DNA of 64,000 nucleotides from an uncultured virus (IMG/VR IMGVR_UViG_3300036466_000576) (Duplodnaviria > Heunggongvirae > Uroviricota > Caudoviricetes): IMG/VR virus record IMGVR_UViG_3300036466_000576, one strand, 5' to 3'. A program made the position numbers and the translations under genes. This document shows, piece after piece, positions 38,629-48,362 of this stretch (position 1 is its first letter; each line of letters starts with the position of its first letter). The notes beneath the pieces are model-generated. The model did not search any database, was not told where the DNA came from, and saw only the letters and a list, made by a program, of their open reading frames with translations.

Positions 38629-38754
38629 ATTAAATTCTCTCCTTTAATTTCTTAGATTTATTTTATATACAAATTATACCATAGTTTATAAAAAAATACA
38701 AAGCTCTTTTAAAAATAATTAGAGCTTTGTATTAATTATATTAAACTAAACTCC

Positions 38755-39882
38755 TTAAACAACGCTGATTGTAATTGTATAATTATATGAAATTCCGCTA
38801 TCAGAAGTGATTACAACACTCAAGTCAGTTGTTCCTGTTCCATGAATGATTCCCATTTCATCAATAACAGAAGTATTAGTTGAAACGACTGTTGCTCCAG
38901 AATCAATAGCTACATCAATATTTGTTGTTTGATAAAGAGGTGTTGTGTTCAGTAGATTAATAAGATTTTCCCCAATTACTTCAGAGTTGAGTTCAACAGC
39001 TCCCATTTGAGTATAAAACTGATTTAAAAATTCAAATAATCCATCATTGCTTAAGTTTGTAAAAATGGTATCAATAGTAATATCTCCAATATCATTTCCG
39101 TTTTCTAACTCATCTCCAATAAGCTCAATTGAAATATCTGTTGTATTAAATTCAACATCTCTACCTAAAAAATGGACTTCAATATCAGAATTGTTTAAAA
39201 TAGATGTTGTAAAATTTTGAATATCAAGAGAAATTTTATTGTTTTGCAAATCCACTTCATGTGTATTAGAATCATCAGCCAAAACATCTAAAGTAGTTAC
39301 ATATTCCCCACCATTTAAATCCTGAAAAATTAAACGACTTTTACTTAAATTTAAGTTAAAATAAGGATCAGAAATTAGATTTTCTAAAGAAATATTTTCT
39401 TCATTTTTCAAAATAGTAAATGTTAAATTTTCTACATTATTAGTTTTATCAAATTCAGAATTTAAGCTTGTATCTAAAGAGACTAACTCTGTTCCACCAT
39501 TTCCTTCATTACCTGTATCTTTAATAATTTCGAAATTAACTGTTTTATTACTATTAACATTAATTTTTTCTGGTGTAAATTTATATCCTGTTATATCAAA
39601 AGCAGTAGTAGGAATCAATATTACTTCTTTATAGGTTGTAAAACCAAATTGTCCATTTTTATTTAAACTTATTATATCCGTAATTGATTCTGTTTCAATA
39701 TCTGCAATTGAAACAACTATATCTTCATAGGAAATTTTGAGTTCTTCTGGTACTTTAAATTGCCCATCAACATAAAAACTATCAGAAGAATCTCCATTTT
39801 CGGTTCCGCAACCAGTTAAAATAAGAACCATTAAAACAGAAATTCCCAATAATAGTATTTTTTTTATTGTCTTTTCATTCAT
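38755..39882 (-). CDS. Acidic lipoprotein
   Basis: Lipobox LTGC. Confidence 0.8.
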   Translation of the reverse strand: MNEKTIKKILLLGISVLMVLILTGCGTENGDSSDSFYVDGQFKVPEELKISYEDIVVSIADIETESITDIISLNKNGQFGFTTYKEVILIPTTAFDITGYKFTPEKINVNSNKTVNFEIIKDTGNEGNGGTELVSLDTSLNSEFDKTNNVENLTFTILKNEENISLENLISDPYFNLNLSKSRLIFQDLNGGEYVTTLDVLADDSNTHEVDLQNNKISLDIQNFTTSILNNSDIEVHFLGRDVEFNTTDISIELIGDELENGNDIGDITIDTIFTNLSNDGLFEFLNQFYTQMGAVELNSEVIGENLINLLNTTPLYQTTNIDVAIDSGATVVSTNTSVIDEMGIIHGTGTTDLSVVITSDSGISYNYTITISVV

Positions 39883-40028
39883 TATTTATCATTCTCCTTA
39901 AATTTATTTTATTGAATTAATTATAACATTTTTTGGAATTTAAAGCAAGAAATAGTTTTAAAAATACTATATTATATAATTTCTAAAAAATTCTTGACAA
40001 TATAAATAATGTAATATATAATATAAAT

Positions 40029-40312
40029 ATAATCAAACAAGTCTTTAATGGGGATTTTAGAATTGTTTGATTAAAGGGGATTTAAGTGAACGATTAATTA
40101 ACAAACAAAATGTCATTAAGATCATGTCGTGTTTAGTTGTCGTGGGTGTCTTAAATTTATTAATAAGTAAATTATAAGAGAATATTATTATTTTCTTAAA
40201 ATGTAACGCTCCTTTTAGTTTAAACCAAATTTGGTTTAGAAGAATATGTCTAAATATAAAACACCGTTAGTTTTTCCCTCCTTGCGTCTTGTCAACGCCA
40301 GGGGGTTTTTTT
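40029..40312 (+). ncRNA. Putative ~280-nt sRNA
   Basis: TTGACA(39994)-17-TATAAT(40017), no ORF, 5' hairpin, GC-rich terminator plus T-run. Confidence 0.5.
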
Positions 40313-40417
40313 GTATTTTTTTTATATTTTATTTGGTATAAATTTCTAAATATAGTATAATATATATATAATTTATTATACATGACATAATGATACATAA
40401 AAAAATGACAAAGGGAG

Positions 40418-41005
40418 ATGGTTAAAATGAGATATGCTAAAATTCAAAATTTAAAGAAAAGGAATAATTATGCTGTAAAGTTAAAAAACTTAGGAATTAT
40501 AGTAAGCAGGAATGAATATAACTTAGAAATAATTTTAATTAAAAAAGAACATGGGTTAGAAAGTTTTATTCCAAAATCTAAAACTTATCTTTTTATAGGC
40601 GATCGAGAATTTCTTGATGGCGAAATAAGAACTATTATGACAAAAATGGTTCAATATCTAGAAGTATTTGTAAAAAAAGAATCTTTTGCTTTTGTAAAAA
40701 ACAATTTTACAGAAATAGTTTATAATACTTTTGCTAAAATTGCATATAGTAAACTTAGTATTAGAACCTATAAAGATTTATTAAAAACAATTGAAAATTA
40801 TCTTTTAAGCTTCTATAAAAGAGATATCAAAAAAATTGATACTTTACCATTAAGCGAACTGAAAGATAGGATTGAAGAAGTCATAACTAGGAATAGGTTA
40901 TTATTTTTAAACCCAAATATCACAACTAAAGATAATAATTACAAAAAAATTACTAAAAAAATTATGCAGGATTTAATAAAATTACAAACTAAAAAAACTG
41001 CATAA
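40418..41005 (+). CDS. Hypothetical protein
   Basis: 195 aa, RBS, terminator downstream. Confidence 0.65.
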   Translation: MVKMRYAKIQNLKKRNNYAVKLKNLGIIVSRNEYNLEIILIKKEHGLESFIPKSKTYLFIGDREFLDGEIRTIMTKMVQYLEVFVKKESFAFVKNNFTEIVYNTFAKIAYSKLSIRTYKDLLKTIENYLLSFYKRDIKKIDTLPLSELKDRIEEVITRNRLLFLNPNITTKDNNYKKITKKIMQDLIKLQTKKTA

Positions 41006-41069
41006 TTAAATTAATCCCCAATAAAAAACCAGGTTTAAATTCCCTGGTTTTTTATTATTAAAAATTAAC

Positions 41070-41414
41070 ATGGAGATGATAATAGTGAAAAAAATCAACC
41101 TATTACTTAAAGATTATAAACTATTAAGTAAATATAGCAAATTCGCAATTGTAAATGCAGCTCAAATATCAAGGAATTCAATAGAAGTTGTTTATTATGA
41201 TATAAATAATAAAATGAAATATAGTATGATTGTTGATAAGAATTTAAGCAGAGTTTATGATTTTATAAATACCATTAATGATTTGCAAAAAAAAGTTGCT
41301 CTACAGCACTTTAGGAGTAAAAGATTTGAAGAAGACTTAGAAGAAGTTTTTGAGGGAGATATTACAACAGAAAAAATCAAAGGAGAGGGTTTTAATGCTA
41401 ACCAGGCTATTTAA
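41070..41414 (+). CDS. Hypothetical protein
   Basis: 114 aa. Confidence 0.6.
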   Translation: MEMIIVKKINLLLKDYKLLSKYSKFAIVNAAQISRNSIEVVYYDINNKMKYSMIVDKNLSRVYDFINTINDLQKKVALQHFRSKRFEEDLEEVFEGDITTEKIKGEGFNANQAI

Positions 41415-41667
41415 TGTAACAAAAGTTGCTTTAGAAAACATAATACCAGAAAAGAAATTAGAGAACATTATCGTCAATAACAAAAAAGAATTTGAAAATT
41501 GGCAAGGGGTTGATTCTAGATATTATTTTGACAAACCTGAACATGATGGTATAATTTATATTAGAGAAAAGGTTAATGTTGAAGAATATGCTTCTTTTAC
41601 AATTGATGATCCAGAGGATTTTTATCGAGCCGTCTGGAGTATTAAAAAACAAACTGAAGTTTTTTAA
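41395..41667 (+). CDS. Hypothetical protein
   Basis: MLTRLF..., RBS GGAGAGG. Confidence 0.6.
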   Translation: MLTRLFNVTKVALENIIPEKKLENIIVNNKKEFENWQGVDSRYYFDKPEHDGIIYIREKVNVEEYASFTIDDPEDFYRAVWSIKKQTEVF

Positions 41668-41715
41668 AAAAATATATAGAAAAAAGTAACCCCTTAATTG
41701 GGGTTATTTTAATAT

Positions 41716-41868
41716 TGTGGGGTTTGACCCTCCTCGGGGCAAGCCCACGAGGTTTGCGAGCAGACATTTACCTATCACTCCTGAATCTAACATCCTCATA
41801 GTTTACACGGAACTATTTACTTAAAACAAGTTTTGTTTTTGCCTCCCAATGCAAGCCACGAATAACAA
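41716..41868. mobile_element. Possible non-autonomous IS200/IS605-like miniature element
   Basis: GC-rich imperfect hairpin CCTCGGGGCAAGCCCACGAGG at one end and related GCAAGCCACG at the other. Confidence 0.35.
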
Positions 41869-41925
41869 TATTTATTTTTTAATTATATAAATAAACCCCT
41901 CTCGGTTTTGAGAGGGGTTTTTGGT

Positions 41926-42372
41926 TTATGGAAGTTTAAAATTACCTGCTGGCGTGTTTGATACTTGATTAAAATTATCTCTTCCCCAGGAGACTAGTGT
42001 TCCATCATCTTTTAGGGCTAGGGAGTGATGATATCCTGCAGCTATAGTGTTTTCTCCTAAATCAACTTCTCCAAACCTAACTGTTTGGTTCCCATTTAAC
42101 CCATTAACATAAATAGACAGATCAGGGTTGACATTGTTAGTAACATCTTCACCGTTAGAATTGGTAGCACTAAATGCGAAGTTAACCTTATCTTTATTAT
42201 TTAATAACTCCAACCAGTCTGATTGGCTTAAATCATTAAACTCTGCAACAGTTAACCCACTTTCTTTAATCATATCTGGATTTGAATAGTTAACTGCTTG
42301 CCATTCAAGAGCATATATCGGTGTGCTTACCATCAACATAATCATTAAAACTAAAACTATTCTTTTATACAC
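41926..42372 (-). CDS. Secreted protein with single RCC1-like repeat
   Basis: Signal peptide; IAAGYHHSLALKDDGTLVSWGRDNFNQ. Confidence 0.75.
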   Translation of the reverse strand: MYKRIVLVLMIMLMVSTPIYALEWQAVNYSNPDMIKESGLTVAEFNDLSQSDWLELLNNKDKVNFAFSATNSNGEDVTNNVNPDLSIYVNGLNGNQTVRFGEVDLGENTIAAGYHHSLALKDDGTLVSWGRDNFNQVSNTPAGNFKLP

Positions 42373-42688
42373 AAAATTCCTCCTTTGTAAAATATTAATT
42401 ATATTTTATCATATTAACTTTTGTTTTATAACTTGGCAGTTATTATGATATCTATTTGGAACTGGTTTTGTTTTTAAGCTCAAAGGAGTGATGGAGAAAT
42501 GCCTGGATATTGTTTTTATTGTTGGATTAACCAGATCGGGTCATATTATCAAAAATATTGAAAGAAAACTCATTCCAAATATTTTATTTTTTGGGGAGAG
42601 GGTTACATGTCTTAATTAAATTATCGAATATATAATTAATTAAATAATTAAAAAAACACCCAGAATTAATCCAGGTGTTTTCAAAAAA

Positions 42689-43009
42689 TCAAAAATGAAG
42701 CATTATATTATTGTTTATTTTGATTGATATATTTTTAGGGTAAACAAATTCATTTAAACAATCTTTTTTGCCCTTTTCTAAAATTAAATCAATAAACTCT
42801 CTTGCTTCTAAATCATTAATTTTAAGAGAATCCCAATCTTCCATTTTAAAATAAAAAGCATTATTTAAAATCTCAAGCTTCTTTTCTTTTAATTTAATCA
42901 TTATTTCATCATTATTTTCTGGATCTAAATTGTCATATATATTAATAGTTATAGCTTCTTTTTTTTGATCTGTTTTGTTAAAACTTTTATCGAAAAAATA
43001 TACTTTCAT
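42689..43009 (-). CDS. Hypothetical protein
   Basis: 106 aa, RBS. Confidence 0.6.
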   Translation of the reverse strand: MKVYFFDKSFNKTDQKKEAITINIYDNLDPENNDEIMIKLKEKKLEILNNAFYFKMEDWDSLKINDLEAREFIDLILEKGKKDCLNEFVYPKNISIKINNNIMLHF

Positions 43010-43025
43010 GTTTATCTCTCCTTTT

Positions 43026-43265
43026 CTAAATAAACGCTTCTATATTATCTACTTTTTCCTGCAAGTTAGCTATTTTGGTTTGATACTCTTCTTTTTTTTG
43101 ATATAAAAAATCTCTAACTTCTTCTTCATTAAAATAGTACATTTCTCCTCCATTTTTAACTGGTTTTTCTATTTTTTCAGCTTTTAATTTATCATTTCTC
43201 ACCCAATAAGTAACTGTGGACATACTGAAACCAAATAAATCGTGAATTTCTTTAGTTGTTAACAT
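43026..43265 (-). CDS. MerR/excisionase-like HTH protein
   Basis: MLTTKEI..LFG.S.STV.YWVRNDKL. Confidence 0.75.
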   Translation of the reverse strand: MLTTKEIHDLFGFSMSTVTYWVRNDKLKAEKIEKPVKNGGEMYYFNEEEVRDFLYQKKEEYQTKIANLQEKVDNIEAFI

Positions 43266-43463
43266 ATTTAGTCTCTCCTTTTTACCCTCATTAAATGTCA
43301 TATATTACTATTTATATCTAAATTATATCATAAATATATTTTTTTTACAATAAAAACCCCACATAATTAAGATGAGGTTTTTAAAATTATATGCAATTAT
43401 GATTTCATATAAATTAGAGTAAAGTAGTGTTATATGTGCTGTTATTACGGTAATGTATAATAT

Positions 43464-43802
43464 TTATTCCTGCATATGATAACTATGCCAGGTGTCTCCT
43501 CCATCGGTACTAATTAATAAATGTAGAGTATCTGTTCCATCATAAGTTACCGTTACATCTTGTACCTCTCCAATAGTTGTTAGATCAACAGTATCGCTGA
43601 TGCGGATATATCTATTATAATGAAAAGACAATTCATAAGTTGCATCAGTCTGGAAACGCTTTGCGTTAATAGCTCCAACAGCATTTTTGGCATCTTTTGT
43701 AATATCCCCAAAGCGAGGGGCTATTAAAGAAAGTAAAATAGCCAATACAGCTAAAACAACTAACAGTTCTAATAGTGTAAAACCGCCGTTTCTTTTTAAC
43801 AT
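43464..43802 (-). CDS. Type IV pilin-like protein (N-terminal cleavage/methylation motif), short
   Basis: GGFTLLELLVVLAVLAILLSLIAPRF. Confidence 0.85.
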   Translation of the reverse strand: MLKRNGGFTLLELLVVLAVLAILLSLIAPRFGDITKDAKNAVGAINAKRFQTDATYELSFHYNRYIRISDTVDLTTIGEVQDVTVTYDGTDTLHLLISTDGGDTWHSYHMQE

Positions 43803-43972
43803 TTGTTTCCTCCTTTATATAAATATATCTATATTTTACCATAAATTCCATAAGAATACAAACAAAATTGTAAAAATAAAGAAATATTTTTAATAATTGG
43901 GTTAATGTGATATAATAAGCACATATTTATTAATAATAGACATTTTAAAAATGACATAAAGGAGTTAAAATA

Positions 43973-44170
43973 ATGACAATTAAAGAAAAATCGCTTTATA
44001 CAATTATAATGATGCAGACAATTATTATAGTTTTTAATAATATTGCTCATGAATTTTTAAAAAAGAATAATTCTTTTCTAGGCTTTATATTAATATTGTT
44101 AGCATTAATAATGGTAATTTTGGCTTCAGGTTTTACAAAAATAATTAGAGGAGCTGAAGAAGTTGAATAA
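43973..44170 (+). CDS. Small membrane protein
   Basis: 65 aa, RBS AAGGAG. Confidence 0.55.
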   Translation: MTIKEKSLYTIIMMQTIIIVFNNIAHEFLKKNNSFLGFILILLALIMVILASGFTKIIRGAEEVE

Positions 44171-44610
44171 AAAAAATAACTATTTGTGATGTTGCAGATA
44201 TGTTTTTAACAGCTAGATCAATGAAATTAAGAAAACTAATGACACTCTGTTATTATTCTCAAGCCTATCATCTATCATATTTAGACACACCATTATTTGA
44301 TGAAGATTTTGAGAGCTGGATACAAGGTCCTGCTTCACCAAAGCTATTTCCAAAGTATTATCTGGAATATGGTTAGAATAAAAAAATACCTAAAGTTAAA
44401 AAAATTAAGAATGAATTTAATCAGGATACAATGTGGGTTTTAAAACTTGTTAAAAACAGTTTATTAAATGAAGAAGATTATATATTATGTGATATGCCAC
44501 GATATGAAGATCCTGGCTTCAAGCAAGAGGTAATTTAAGTGTTGATGAGGTTTCTAAAAAGATAATTGATAAAAAAACCATGAAAGAATATTATTATCAA
44601 AACAGTGAAA
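44163..44610 (+). pseudogene. Panacea/SocA (DUF4065)-like antitoxin, frameshifted
   Basis: DVADMFL..KLMTLCYYSQAYHL..PLFDEDFESWIQGP; downstream frameshifts. Confidence 0.7.
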
Positions 44611-44779
44611 AAGAAATTTCTTGTCCTAAATGCAGCAGAAAAGTTAATGGTAAAATCTCTTCTGAGTATTTAGGCAATATGGAAATCAATATTTGTAAAA
44701 AATGTCAAACTTCTTTTATATTGCTTGGAGACGGAAAAGTATTTATTCGAAAAAAATAATTAAATAAGGAGTTGAAATT

Positions 44780-45070
44780 GTGAATTGGACAGAACAAGAA
44801 TTAAAAAATAACCCTCCAATATATATAGGACAAAAAAATAATTTTTTATTTCAAATAAAAAGATTTCCTAAAAATATGCCAAATGAGGGATATTTTGTGA
44901 TCATTGAGGATCTAAAAACTAATATTAGTTTAAACAGTCTATGGGTTAATATCTTCTTTAAAGAATTAGCTAAAATAGAAGAATGGTGTGTTTTGTATGC
45001 AACATACAATAAAGACATCAGGCTAAAAAAAGAAACTCGTAAAAATTGGTTGAAACAATGGAAAAAATAA
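44780..45070 (+). CDS. Hypothetical protein, paralog of 45087-45380
   Basis: GQKNNFLFQI..GYFVIIED..NSLW. Confidence 0.7.
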   Translation: MNWTEQELKNNPPIYIGQKNNFLFQIKRFPKNMPNEGYFVIIEDLKTNISLNSLWVNIFFKELAKIEEWCVLYATYNKDIRLKKETRKNWLKQWKK

Positions 45071-45086
45071 ATTAGGAGCTGATAAA

Positions 45087-45380
45087 ATGAAATGGTATAA
45101 AAAATCAAAAGGAAATTGGACTTCAGGAAGCAAATACACAGGAAGAAAAAATAATTTCAGCTTTGAGATTGTAGAAAGTGATAAAGATGGCTACTATATA
45201 ATGATAGAGGATAAAAAAACAGATAACACTATAAATAGTCTTTGGAAAAAAATTAGATTTCAAAAACTTGACAAATCAAAAGAGTTTTGTGAGAAATTTG
45301 CTAAAGATTTTAGTGAAAAAAGAATTACAGACGAAATTAGAACAGAATGGCTACATTGTTTTAAACAAGGAGAAAATTAA
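45087..45380 (+). CDS. Hypothetical protein, paralog of 44780-45070
   Basis: GRKNNFSFEI..GYYIMIED..NSLW. Confidence 0.7.
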   Translation: MKWYKKSKGNWTSGSKYTGRKNNFSFEIVESDKDGYYIMIEDKKTDNTINSLWKKIRFQKLDKSKEFCEKFAKDFSEKRITDEIRTEWLHCFKQGEN

Positions 45381-45381
45381 A

Positions 45382-45720
45382 ATGACATTTAAAATAATAT
45401 GCGAAGTTGCACATTTATGCGATGATTTTGATTGTAGAAAAAGAAAACCTCATCAACCTACCAAAAAAGATAATAATAGTAGTTGTTATTCTTTAGAAGT
45501 TAAAGATATTAAGCCTGAATATAATCAAATTTCTTTAGAAAATTACCAATCAAAAGGTATTTATAAGAAATTTGAACATTTTTGTAAAGGTTGTAATGAT
45601 TATCAGCAATATAAAGATGAGAATATGAGAAAACCTAATAGTTGTACTACATTTTTATGTGGTAGTTGCAAAAAGATACCAGCAGGATTAAAAGAAAGTA
45701 TGAGTTTAAAATCAAACTAG
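45382..45720 (+). CDS. Cys-rich hypothetical protein
   Basis: Likely start MTFKII after AAGGAG. Confidence 0.6.
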   Translation: MTFKIICEVAHLCDDFDCRKRKPHQPTKKDNNSSCYSLEVKDIKPEYNQISLENYQSKGIYKKFEHFCKGCNDYQQYKDENMRKPNSCTTFLCGSCKKIPAGLKESMSLKSN

Positions 45721-45731
45721 GAGGTATTGAT

Positions 45732-46277
45732 ATGCCAGCATTAAGTGAAAAAACCATTGAAAGAATTAAAGAGGAAGCAAAAGATAATTACAAATTAACT
45801 AAAAAAGAAGTTTTAAATATTGACTTAAGATCTAGATTTGAAAAATTTAATGAGTTACTTTTTAATAATCAAGTTCCTAATAATTTCCCATTAACCTGGT
45901 CTAATCAATTAAGTTCAACAGCAGGAAAATGTGAAAGATCAAGAAAAACTGGAGAAATTAAAGAAATAAAAATGTCAGTTGGTTATGCTAGAAAGAAACC
46001 AGAATTAATTAATAGCGTTTTAGTCCATGAAATGATTCACGCATCAGGGATTAGAGGACATATGAGAGATTTTAAAAGAGAAATGTATAGAATTAATAAA
46101 ATAATGGGTAAAGATTTTGTTACCCAAAAAGTTAAAACATTTGGTAAGAAAAAATATGCTATATGTTGTCCTGAATGTGAAAAAGTTTTAGGCTATAGAA
46201 ATAGATTATCTCAAAAAATAAAAAAGGCTATATGTAGAAAGTGTCATACTCAAATAGAAGTAGTTAAATTAAAATAG
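45732..46277 (+). CDS. SprT-like zinc metalloprotease
   Basis: STAGKC, VLVHEMIH, GH..DF, C-terminal CPEC/CRKC. Confidence 0.85.
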   Translation: MPALSEKTIERIKEEAKDNYKLTKKEVLNIDLRSRFEKFNELLFNNQVPNNFPLTWSNQLSSTAGKCERSRKTGEIKEIKMSVGYARKKPELINSVLVHEMIHASGIRGHMRDFKREMYRINKIMGKDFVTQKVKTFGKKKYAICCPECEKVLGYRNRLSQKIKKAICRKCHTQIEVVKLK

Positions 46278-46336
46278 AAAAAGTACTGAAAATATGAGAA
46301 AATAGTTATACCAATTAAAACTAAGGAGAGATAATT

Positions 46337-46798
46337 ATGACTCAAGAAAATGATTTTACATTAAAAGAAAGAAAAGTTATAAATGGATACAAAAAATTAT
46401 TGAAAGAAGGATGGGATATTTCAAATAACTATGAAACAATGGGATATGAAAAAGCAGTTAATATGGTTTTTGGTAAAGAAAAAGCTTCTTCTCTTTTTAA
46501 TATGGCAAAATTAGAAATCCAACAAAAAGAAGAAACTGAAGAAGTTTTTGTAGGTTGGGCTGTAATGAATGATCGTCAAATGAAAGCCCAGATAAATAGA
46601 GAAATATATGAAGAAATTAAAGATAAAGCTGAATTGAAATTTATAGAAAATAAAAGCACAAATGAAAAAAGATATTTCTTAATAAACGACAACCCTGAAA
46701 ACTTATCTGATGATAAATTAGCCCTCATTGCAGATAATGGCAGTCTTTGTTTTGGATATGAAAGAAACGACAATATATTATTAATTTACACCTGTTAA
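46337..46798 (+). CDS. Hypothetical protein
   Basis: 153 aa, RBS. Confidence 0.65.
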   Translation: MTQENDFTLKERKVINGYKKLLKEGWDISNNYETMGYEKAVNMVFGKEKASSLFNMAKLEIQQKEETEEVFVGWAVMNDRQMKAQINREIYEEIKDKAELKFIENKSTNEKRYFLINDNPENLSDDKLALIADNGSLCFGYERNDNILLIYTC

Positions 46799-46828
46799 AA
46801 CATTAAAACCAAAATAGGAGGAATAAAA

Positions 46829-47068
46829 ATGAAAACATTAAATGAAGTTGATTACAAAAAAGCTAATACACTACTGGAATGTGAGAATTTTAAGGAATTA
46901 GAAGAAAAACACGATAATAAAATATTCTATGCAGATGGAGAATTAGAATCAGTAGAAGAAGCAATGGAAAGAGAACCTGAAGTACCAGTTAAGGTATTTA
47001 GTTTTGATGGTTGGTTTGTTGGAATTACTAACTTCTATGCTCCTGAAAGAGAAATAGAATTTAATTAA
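46829..47068 (+). CDS. Hypothetical protein
   Basis: 79 aa, RBS AGGAGG. Confidence 0.65.
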   Translation: MKTLNEVDYKKANTLLECENFKELEEKHDNKIFYADGELESVEEAMEREPEVPVKVFSFDGWFVGITNFYAPEREIEFN

Positions 47069-47192
47069 ATTTTGATATAAAAAACATTAACTCCAAACTA
47101 TTTATTTAGTTTGGGGTTAAATATTTACATATTATTTAATTAAAAAAATTAAAACACTCCAATTAAGGAGTGCTTTTTTTATTTATATTTTT

Positions 47193-47432
47193 TTAATGAG
47201 AGTGGCCATGATGGTGTCCATGTTCATGATTGTGTCCAGGAAGTTCTTTTGGTAGAATAAATTCCTGTAAAATATCAGCAAAAACATAATGTGGTTTCCC
47301 GCTTTCGTCTCTATACACTAGAGCTTTAATTGACTCGTCAAACCCTAAAAACTCTGACATTTCCCTTTCTTCTACCTTCCCCACAAGATCTCCTTCTACT
47401 ACTGGTTTAAATTTTAACATTAACTTAGCCAT
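47193..47432 (-). CDS. Small protein with His-rich tail
   Basis: C-term HNHEHGHHHGHSH. Confidence 0.7.
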   Translation of the reverse strand: MAKLMLKFKPVVEGDLVGKVEEREMSEFLGFDESIKALVYRDESGKPHYVFADILQEFILPKELPGHNHEHGHHHGHSH

Positions 47433-47487
47433 TTGATTAGCTCCTTTTATTGTTTTTTTTGATTATATCATTAAAACTTTAAAAAAA

Positions 47488-47631
47488 CTATTTTTTACTA
47501 TGTTCTTTATTCCGTAACATAGACATATATATAATAGCAGGAATTAATTTTTTATATTCTCTTCCACCTAATGTAAATAGAGTCAACAATCCTGTTCCTA
47601 TCCAGCCCACAGGTCCAATGATAACAACCAT
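47488..47631 (-). pseudogene. C-terminal fragment resembling YaaW/UPF0174 family
   Basis: IIGPVGWIGTGL..GGREYKKLIPAIIYMSMLR. Confidence 0.4.
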
Positions 47632-47653
47632 TAAGTGAGTGGTTAAAACAATT

Positions 47654-47956
47654 TTAAATAAGCATTTCTAATCTGTCTCCTATATTGAATTTTAAATTAT
47701 CAACCAATTGATATCTACCCATTCCATTTTCATTTAAAAGAGTAGTAGTTCTATGGAAAAAATCATATAATGAATTATCATCAATTTTAATATCTTCTGG
47801 TCTAATATTTATTTTAAATTCAACTTTATTATCAATAACTTTAATTTCTTCATCCAGTACATTAATTGTTAAATAATTATCTAATGGATAGTCTTCGTCT
47901 TTTGCATAAACAATTTCAATTTCTTCTAAACATCTAAAGTCATCAAAGCTATTCAT
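47654..47956 (-). CDS. Hypothetical protein
   Basis: 100 aa. Confidence 0.5.
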   Translation of the reverse strand: MNSFDDFRCLEEIEIVYAKDEDYPLDNYLTINVLDEEIKVIDNKVEFKINIRPEDIKIDDNSLYDFFHRTTTLLNENGMGRYQLVDNLKFNIGDRLEMLI

Positions 47957-48362
47957 TGAATCTCTTTTTATTTTAGTTTTATATTTTCAATTCTAAACGC
48001 TCTCCAAGTTTAATTATCGAATCACTCCTTATTTTTTCCTAAAAATGTCTTATATTTAAATATAATAAGTTAATTATAATATTTATTTACTTTATACACA
48101 AAAATAAACACCTACAATTAAGTAGGTGTTTTAGTTTTAAATAACTTTTACCTAGATAAAATGGTCAGTTACTTCTTTATTTTTTTATTTCTAAATAGAA
48201 CCCAAATTCTTGATAATCCCTTTCCAATTATCTTTCCATCTTTATTAATAACACTTACATCAGTGGTTTGATCAACGGGTCCAATTTTAATTTGATAATC
48301 TTTTTTTTGGATTTATATATTCTTTAAAAATATCTAAATCTGAAATATTTTTTCCCTTAAAC

